Shown: in pieces, positions 54,328 through 64,000 of the stretch | How the letters are laid out: every line of letters starts with the position of its first letter | Numbering within the stretch: the first letter of the stretch is position 1 | Source of the DNA: Octopus vulgaris | Lineage: Eukaryota | Length of the DNA: 64,000 nt | Direction of reading: 5' to 3' | Assembly (NCBI GenBank): GCA_951406725.2 | Contig: OX597819.1 | Coordinates: forward strand, 114,514,001 to 114,578,000 | The notes under the pieces: generated by a model | Database searches by the model: none | Seen by the model: only the letters and a program-made list of their open reading frames with translations | What the model was told of the DNA's origin: nothing | Made by a program: the position numbers and the translations under genes

Positions 54328-57300
54328 AATACAGATATATGCACTTTGTATATATAAAGATTATTATATATACATATTTATATATAGATACACAAACACA
54401 TATATAAATTAACCCAATAAATATCTGATTCATAATATTTGTTGTCATGATTGAGTGGTGGTTGTGGCGATGATAATTCTCTCTATGAATGCAGACAGAC
54501 GTGGAGAGTGAGAGTGTGTGAAAGCGCTGTGGAAGGCAGGGAGAGGGATAACGGACGCTGTGAAACGACGTTATAAAGAGAAAGTGAATGTAAGGGAGGT
54601 AGACGCTGTGAAACGACGTTATAGATAGAAAGTGAAAGGAAGGGAGAAAAGTAAGTGAGTGATGGAGGAAGACAGATACATAAAAGAATGAGAGTGTTGG
54701 ATGTTTTGTTTGTTGGACCAATGTATTAAGGTAGTATTGTTTTATTGTTTTAAAACGAAAGAGGCAATGTGTTTGTTTCAAAAATTAAAAAATCTGTTAT
54801 AGTGAATGAAATTAGAATTCACACCCAGCTCAGTTTTGTAGAAAGAGTATCACGATGTGAACTCATGAGTTGGGAGTTTGACTGAGAGAGTTTATATGGT
54901 GACACATGCCAGTCCTTTCGACACCACCTAAACAATGGAATAGTGTATAAAATGTAATTAACAACTCATTCACTTGATGAATGTCTTATGTTAGCGAAGA
55001 AACAATAACTTGACAAAACCGTTTAATGGAGACGTAGAAGGAATCGGAAAATGAGGAATAAAGAGAATGAGTTGGATCAAATGTTTGCAAACATCTGAAC
55101 CCAATGTTCTTTATGAACCATGTTCTTTTTAATGTCTTTATTTTCAAGAATGAAGAGATAATGAAGAGGTGCAAAATAAAAAATCAAGCAAAATTTCATG
55201 ACTTACAATCAGTTTTCTTTTGTCAGAGCCTCCTGATAAACCACGTTCCTTGTGCGCTCATGATTGCCAAGAATGAAGAGTTTATGTGGATTTCCAACTC
55301 GAGAACAGGCTACGTACAATTGACCATGACTGAAAACCGGTTGTGACAGGTTAATGCCTACAATGTCCAGTGATTGTCCCTGTGACTTGTTGATTGTCAT
55401 CGCGAAGAATAGTTTTATTGGAAATTGAAAGCGTTTAAACTGAATGGGAACATCAGAGGGTGAAATACTCATTTTATGTATCATTTTGATTGTTCCTACA
55501 AATGGTCCACTCAAAATTTCAGCAGTTATAACATGGCTTTGAATCCTCCTAATAACCATTCGGGTTCCATTGCATATTTCAGGCGTTTCCATATTTCTGA
55601 GCACCATGATTGGAGCACCAACTTTCAAACACAAATGATGAGCTGGAAGTCCCGGAGGTGTTAGCTTGTTGAGTAGCTCGGGTGGATATTTGACTGCATC
55701 ATTCTCATATTTATTTGTATCGATGGACATGAAAGAAACTATCTCACCAGGATTCATATCAAGTACTTGTTTATTTGTAGCATGAGCTGTTGTATTATGA
55801 GGCGATAGAATAGCTCTTGCTCTTAGCCAATCGAGATCCTGGAAGTTGGTTTCGACGTCAGGTAAAACGGCTCTTATAAGTTCTTCTACATTTGGAACGA
55901 AATTCCCAAAAGGCAACCGAATATGCTCATCATCAACGAAAGGCAAAACTCCATCACCAAGATCTAATAGGTGTTTTGCGAAAGCCTCAGACTCCACATC
56001 ACCATGTAGGTGGACTGTCATGTTTGTTTGAAGATGGCGACTGATAACACTGTGTCACACAAAAGAATGCTTTATACATGCATTAACCTCATCAGCTCTA
56101 GTGCCTGCTCGGACAACAGGAAGAGTTTGTCGAAAATCTCCTGCCATGAGAAACGTAGCTCCACCCATTATTTTTGTATTGTGACGCAAATCTTGGAGAG
56201 TTCTGTCAAGAGCCTCAAACATGGCCTTATTATTCATTGTAGCCTCATCCCAAATAAAAAGACTGCATTCACGAAGAAGTCTTGCTCTTGAGGAACTACG
56301 ATCTATATTACATATAGGATTATCTTTCTTTCCAATGTCCATGGGCAATTTGAATGCACTATGTGCCGTACGGCCGCCTTGAAGCAGTGTCGCTGCAATA
56401 CCACTTGAGGCACATGCAATGGCAAATCGACGTTCAGCGCGCAGCTTTGCGAGAATCAAATTGATAACGAAAGTTTTACCAGTACCACCTGGAGCATTCA
56501 AAAAGAAAAGCTTTCCTTGGTTCAATCTAACGCTGTCAATAATTTCATTATAAATCTCTCTTTGTTCAGGCAAAAGTCTTGGTTCATCTCGCGTAATTGT
56601 TTCCGTCAATTCGGCAATGTTGTAGTTGTTTTCTGACATGTATTCAACATCCAAAGGCGCTTCATGATGGACAGGTGTTGGCAGATGGAATTCACTTAAA
56701 CCGCGTATAACATAGCGTCTGATGTGTCTGTCCATGTCGATTAATGCCTCATTATAAACATCGTCGTTGCCATCACGTTGCGCTAAATTAGCCTGTATGT
56801 CCTTTGATAGGCTCTGTCTGAACGATTCCCAAAGGTTAAGAGGGTTGCTGGGATTACAGTGGATTAATATGCTACAAAACAATCGACGCATTTGCCATGG
56901 CAGTTTACAATTTGAGGCCTCTGCTAATGTCCTGTGTAAGTGGTCGTCATTGAGAAGAAGTCCGCGCCTCAAACATGCTTTCCTGTAAGTGGCGCAGATG
57001 ATACCATCAACCGTGCGAAGATCAGCAAAAGACTTCGGTCCAGTAACTACATGAAGTAGCATTCTCAAAAAGATTTCCTGTTTGGTAGGATGGATATTAT
57101 ACACACGCCCAATGACGTTCTTCCTAGAAACACCGGGCCAATTGTCAAGTTCTGTTCCATGTGACCTGCGCTTCCAATTATTGTTGTTGTATGTGTAATA
57201 TTCCGGTACTTCAGGGTAAATGAGAGTAGCAGCAATTTTAAAAATGCTGTAAGCGTAGTCCCTTTTGGATTTTCAATGACTTGACGTGCATTTTTCTCTG

Positions 57301-57886
57301 TGAAGTAAACCAGCTGTCTCTTCTGTAAATGAACATTCAGGTGGAAAACTGATGGTGAGCTTAGATGAATCTCGTATCCAAAAATGCGCCACGCTGCTTA
57401 ATTGGAGGATACATACCTACCCCAAACGAATTGTTTAATTTCGTCATGTCTAAGGTCTTCATCACTGAACACAAACACGGCCATATCATCGCCCTTATTA
57501 ATGTACTTGCAGAGGTATTGTATGCATCTCACCGAACTGCAGTACTCAACATTAATGTGTGCATTAAATGTTTTGGAAAGCAAAGGGTTGAATGGAACGA
57601 TCCAGGCATTATCAACATCGAATGTTTTTAGCCGTTGTTTAATTGTAGCTGTGCGGCCACCCAAACCTGGGTCACATATATGAAAGAGAGGACGGGAAAA
57701 TGAAATATTTTGCAATGTAAACATGATTTGTTTTAAGAGAAAGATTGTCATGATTGTGTGTTGGTGGTGGCGATGATAATTATCATTAGGAAAAACATAA
57801 GTTGTGGCGATGATAATTCTAGACCCCTTTTCACATTTTGATGAAGAGAACCCGATTTCATTCGGGTCTACTGGGGCCACATATAG

Positions 57887-57927
<41 letters not shown>

Positions 57928-58016
57928 CACTGTAGAAATTAAATTAGAGATCAAACCACTAACAGGGAAATGAAACAGTAAGAAAACAAAAACATAAAAA
58001 TATAATATTAGATATA

Positions 58017-58072
<56 letters not shown>

Positions 58073-58491
58073 GACAGGTAGACAATAGAATGCGATGGCG
58101 ATGGGGATGGCGATGTAATATTTGTTACTGTCCATGAACGCTGATAGATACATGAGTAAAATGTATAGGAAGGTAAGAAATAAGAGTGAGTGAAAATGTT
58201 CTTGGAAGAGAGTAAAGAGCGACAGAGCGATTTGAGGAAGACTTTACATTAAATAACGGTAGTTGCATTGTCAAATGAAGAGGAGTGACAGAGTACTGGA
58301 GGAAATAGGGTGAGGTAGGAAGATGGCCCCTAGCAACCACACATTTTAAGATAGGGATTTCTAAGGTAGCCCACGCGCATCGTCACCTCATTCTACATGT
58401 CCGTGTAAATTTTGGAGCGAATCGGACGGGATGTAGTGGCATTGAAAACGAACCAAGCGGTAAAAACGCATTTCAGTTTTATATATAGAGA
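54213..58491 (-). mobile_element. Helitron, internally deleted Rep/Helicase element
   Basis: 5' A|TCTCTATATATAAAA at 58491. 3' hairpin cccgc...gcggg (54227-54243) then CTAG|T at 54213. Inserted at a (TA)n tract. Confidence 0.9.
55209..57650 (-). pseudogene. Helitron RepHel remnant (Rep Y2 motif + PIF1-like helicase), frameshifted
   Basis: VPFNPLLS...HINVE...YLCKYINKG; APGGTGKT; WDEATM; AGDFRQTLPV; AMTINKSQGQSL; HGQLYVACSRV. HUH motif region not seen. Confidence 0.92.
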
Positions 58492-58524
58492 TTTATATAG
58501 AGAGATTTTATAAATATATATATA

Positions 58525-58591
<67 letters not shown>

Positions 58592-59275
58592 CTTATATAT
58601 ATTCTTTTAACAGCCAAGGGAAATAATCCATTCATTTTCCTAAATCATTTGGTATAAATCAAATTGAGTATGCTTATTTCTTAGTATTTGAACTGTTAGA
58701 GTTACTTTCGCAATTTATCTAGTACAAAAATTAATCAAGTAAATAGCATTTTCCTAAATAATAGATTCACTTATTTCTGTTAGTGACTTATTCACGAATA
58801 TTCTAACACTAGCGTTGCTGAGGGTAATATTCTCTGGGAACGCACAAAAGCCCTTTTCAGAGTTATTTACGTTGAATTGTTATTATCTCATTATCTGATT
58901 AGCCTGTTATTACGTAACATACTTCACGATTTTAGTTTACATGCCTTATTAGTATTTCCTCCTAATTTCTATATACTCAGGGAACACATTAAATCCCATT
59001 TTGGTATAAGAGCCAATAATTTGAGTTCTTAGTATCGGGTAACTAATTTCATGTTATTACGTAACTGACTTCACCATTTGGGTATTCATAACTTATTGGG
59101 AATTCCTAAAAACAAGACCGTGTGTAACACAGTTCGGTATTCTCTGTAAATGCACAAAAACCGTTTTAAGGGCTGCATACTTTGTATCGTTGTTATTGGA
59201 TTAGCGAAAGAATTAAGAGAACGGACCCAAAGTATAAGCCCCGTTTTCCCGGGAATTACCGGACACGTCAGCTAT

Positions 59276-59790
<515 letters not shown>

Positions 59791-60075
59791 TGGGATCTGA
59801 ATGTGGAATCTGAAAACAGAAACAATTCCTATCATAGTAGGTGCATTAGGCATGATAAAAAAATATTCAGACAAATACATAACAAAAACACCAGGACTTA
59901 CAAACACATATAACATACAGAAAATTGCACTACTAGGCACTGCACACATCCTAGGCAGAACACTTTCCATACAATAACCATCAGAGCATCACAACAAATC
60001 ACAGCACATACCCAAGGCACACAGAGCTGCGCTCGGTAGTGAAGTGAAAGCACGCTATAAAAATAAAACTACTGA
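59791..60075 (+). mobile_element. Second R4/Dong-type 3' end in the (TAA)n array
   Basis: MWNLKTETIPIIVGALG...IQKIALLGTAHILGRTLSIQ*. The same 3'UTR occurs at ~52680-52777, also followed by (TAA)n. Confidence 0.75.
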
Positions 60076-60109
60076 ATAATAATAATAATAATAATAATAC
60101 AATCCCTTA

Positions 60110-60362
60110 AGCTTTGAAATTGCAAGAATTTGGAGTATGAAAATTGTAAAGATTGTACCTATAATAATTGGTGCAATGGGAATTGTAAGCAAAGATATAA
60201 ACCAATGGTTAAAGGAGATTGAGGTTCTACAGGAAGTTTACCTCTTAGGGACAGGAAAGATTATCAGGAGGCTTCCAAGACTATTACAGGTAGTAACCCG
60301 CTACCAACATAAATCCTACCAGGAATAAGACTGACCCTAAGTCAAATCAATAATAATAATAA
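60110..60362 (+). mobile_element. Third R4/Dong-type 3' remnant
   Basis: EIARIWSMKIVKIVPIIIGAMG...LLGTGKIIRR, then (TAA)n. Confidence 0.65.
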
Positions 60363-60684
60363 TATAGTTACGAATTTCCAAAGATTAATTTTTTAAAAAT
60401 AATTTTAGCCAATCAAACCATTCCAATGCGGAAAATCCACCATTTGTATTTGTTTCCATATCAGCTAATAGATACCATCAAGGGATTAGATGAGGGGTTT
60501 AGGGTTTAAGATTATGTTTGTGATTTATGGTTAAGGTGTGCAGTGCATAGCAAAGCCTCAAGTTGATTTGTTTTCTTTCATTAGGTGCTTCCATCTTTAA
60601 AGGTTTGTGTAACGTAAACTGAGTGGATTATGTTACAGGTTGTTACAGTCCTGCTGCGTTGTACTTGATTTTCATTGTACTTTG

Positions 60685-61261
<577 letters not shown>

Positions 61262-61541
61262 CTCTCTCTCTCTATATATATATATAGTCTAAAAAAGTTA
61301 GTTGTCAGAATGAAAACATTAATAACCCAAGAATTAGGCTGATTTTTCCATTTTATTTCTTTTCCGTAAAACCTCAACTTGTCAAAATGTGGTTATTAGT
61401 TGGCGTAAAGTTACGCTGTGTCAGTAGCGAAACCATTTAATTAATCTCCTGTTCATCTAACTGTAAACAGGCACTGTGTGAGAGTCACAACCTACAAATA
61501 TAAGTAGTATGAGAGCTTTTGGTCCGCTTCCTATCATTGCT

Positions 61542-62252
61542 TTAACCCGTTTGATACCAATCCGATTGAAAGCGTCTCTGGCTCTGCAGTACAAATGTCA
61601 TGCTTTCAAAAGTTCTGAATTAAAATCTTCCACCAAACCTTAGTCACAATTTACGTTACTAATACTAGCTTAATGATAAGTAAGTTATTTTACTAAATTC
61701 TTTGTTATACTCTCTCTCTTTTACTCTTTTACTTGTTTCAGTCATTTGACTGCGGCCATGCTGGAGCACCGCCTTTAATCGAGCAACTCGACCCCGGGAC
61801 TTATTCTTTTGTAAGCCCAGTACTTATTCTATCGGTCTCTTTTGCCGAACCGCTAAGTAACGAGGACATAAACACACCAGCATCGGTTGTCAAGCAATGC
61901 TAGGGGGACAAACACAGACACACAAACATACACACACACATATATATATATATACATATATACGACGGGCTTCTTTCAGTTTCCGTCTACCAAATCCACT
62001 CACAAGGCATTGGTCGGCTCGAGGCTATAGTAGAAGACACTTGCCCAAGGTGCCACGCAGTGGGACTGAACCCGGAACCATGTGGTTGGTAAACAAGCTA
62101 CTTACCACACAGCCACTCCTACGCCTATAGCCACTCCTACGCCTATAGCCACTCCTACGCCTATGTTATATTTAAACTCCTACGTTATATTTAAAATTAA
62201 GTAAAAGAAATACAGAGCATCTCAACAGAAATATGGTAACAAGAGGGTTGAA
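61542..62252. mobile_element. piggyBac-type MITE interrupted by a SINE
   Basis: ttaa-cccgtttgatacc ... ggtaacaagaggg-ttga. Confidence 0.5.
61710..62164 (-). mobile_element. Young full-length tRNA-derived SINE (octopus OR/CORE-like family)
   Basis: Minus-strand head with A box tggctgtgtgg and B box ggttcagtccc, accttgggcaagt core, internal (TA/CA) tract; TSD tgttata. Confidence 0.85.
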
Positions 62253-62949
62253 TTCGTTAGATCGCCATGCTATGTTTAACCACTTTACAACCTTGGGTCT
62301 GTGAAAAGCAACGAAACCACCCCAGTGAATGGTTATTCATTGGAAAGAGAGTTCGCAAGTATTTCCGTTAATTTTGTCATTGAAACTGTGTCTCAGTTTC
62401 TAATTAAAGGCTGAGTACGATGGCTGAAGATATATATGCGTGATGATTGATGATGTGTTGTAATACCATGTAATGTATCATACGATTATAAGGGGTTTTT
62501 CTACAACAGTTAATACTATATCCTTCTCTTCATTCCGCATCTCTATAGTTACCATTACGTCTTCCTGAGAAAACTTGATGCCTGGGTTGAAAATAAAAAG
62601 CAGCAGACAAACAGAAGATGGTGGAGATATTCCGTCACCAAAAATGCATTGCATTCTTTAAAACTAAAGAAAATTTTATTTTCATATAAACATGTACATC
62701 TTTAAGAACATTGTCATTTTATAAGATTTTGCCGGCAAATTTTTAAATTAACATAAACATTTATTTACATGAAAGAAAATTACTGGAGAACTTTCATCTA
62801 ATTCTTCCCAATCTTTGTGTTTAAACTGTATTGAAAACATTTGTAGGGAATTTTAATTTTTTTTTTACAAACCAACTGGTCACACACCACAAGGTTTAAT
62901 GGAACTTACTGAAGCAAGCCAGTAATCTCGCAGCATTACCATGGGCGAT

Positions 62950-63860
62950 GGTGAGGCGTTGGGAAAGCTAAGCACCCTCACGAGCATCACCTGACACCTC
63001 GGTGATGCGAGCTGCCAAACTCTCAAAGGCTGGAGTCATCTGACTCTAAGAAGATTGTTACTGTTGCTTTTGGTTTTTGTTAATGCCGAACGCAGTTCTG
63101 ATTGAGTAGATTCTGGCACCACAAGGAGGCCATCTACATATCTAACATTCCAGATATACCGTGCATCTACATACCGAAGGACCAGGACCGACTCCAGGAA
63201 TTTTTGGTGCTCTGGGTTGACAAGAATTTCTAACGTCATTGATCGATAATTTTTTTAAAATTTACTTAAATTTTAAAAACATTTCAAACAGCAGACGTAT
63301 AAAAAGTATTAAATGCAACAAGATGGTGAGCCTATAACAACAGAGTCACACTGCTCTGAACTGTTTCTCTCACTCGTCTTCTGACAAAGGGAGTTTAGTC
63401 CCGAAATATTAGGACAAATAGATAAAATAAATAACACACTAACATCTTTGTTGCCTTCGATTTTTCAAAATTTATTGTCCATTTCGCATTGTTGTAGCTT
63501 TCGAATAATACCACTTTATTTTTTGCATTATTTCTTTATGTTACCCTAAGTATTTCTTGGAATATTTCAAACACATGACGTGACACCTCCAAATACATGG
63601 TGCCCCAGATGACTGCTTAAGTTGCTAGTACGTTCAACCAGCTCTGCGAATGACCATATTGTATACTGAGATATACATGGATTTTGTCTAACGAATACAG
63701 AAGTTTGGGTCGTGGCTTTTTCCCAATATCCTATCGGTATGTGTCTGTAGTTTCTGGTAATGATCAAAATATAGATGGTCTTAGTCGAATCGCAACAATT
63801 GCTTCTCTTCAGTATTTATTATTGGTTCTTTGTATCCTTGATCTTTGACTGAGGCTAATG
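62950..63860 (-). mobile_element. Highly degenerate PLE reverse-transcriptase remnant
   Basis: Minus-strand PRPKLLYSLDKIH resembles the PLE P.LYGLPKIHK motif; RYVDA/RYVDG resemble the RYVDD motif; many stops. Confidence 0.35.
63376..63415 (+). ncRNA. Minimal hammerhead-like motif (core CTGACAA)
   Basis: Stem I gtctt/aggac; CTGACAA (one change from CTGACGA); stem II ggga/tccc; GAAATATT. Confidence 0.5.
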
Positions 63861-64000
63861 ATATAGTTGAGGGTGGTATTACTGTTTAATGGGCATGTGT
63901 TTCTTTTATACATATAGAGCACAAGAGACCAGAGATAATCATTCGATTCATGTATCATAGGTAGGTTATTTCATTGCCGAGATTGTGATCGCAGTAAGAG

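Larger units (their letters stand above)
53968..59275 (+). mobile_element. Non-autonomous Helitron (outer) containing the minus-strand Helitron
   Basis: Starts A|TCTAATA. Ends with a ccgg-gaatta-ccgg hairpin then CTAT|T (degenerate CTRR). No TSD. Removing it restores the LINE reading frame. Confidence 0.75.

Noticed and set aside
60480-60540. TTAGGG-like words
   Set aside because: Too few and too degenerate to call an interstitial telomeric repeat.

Overview
AT-rich, repeat-dense animal genomic DNA. It is very probably octopus/coleoid cephalopod, inferred from the SINE families and the microsatellite load; the bacterial-style ORF track is mostly noise. One host gene is visible on the minus strand: an extended-synaptotagmin/tricalbin-like (TM + SMP) gene. 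It has a probable 5'-UTR first exon near 38.8-39.5 kb and a first coding exon at 30299-30821; no later exons were found, so ~1-30 kb is probably intron. The rest is transposon-derived: tRNA-derived SINEs, RTE, Tx1-like and R4/Dong LINE remnants, a full-length dead mariner, hAT and piggyBac-type MITEs, a Helentron-type element and a three-level LINE>Helitron>Helitron nest. The most unusual signal is a set of short Penelope-like (PLE) pieces, most sitting in (TA)n tracts. They carry minimal hammerhead ribozyme motifs, including one with a compensatory G3:C8 core swap present on both strands of a palindrome. They occur alongside repeated fold-back inverted duplications that start at (TA)n tracts. 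All calls were made by eye; no searches or folding were run.
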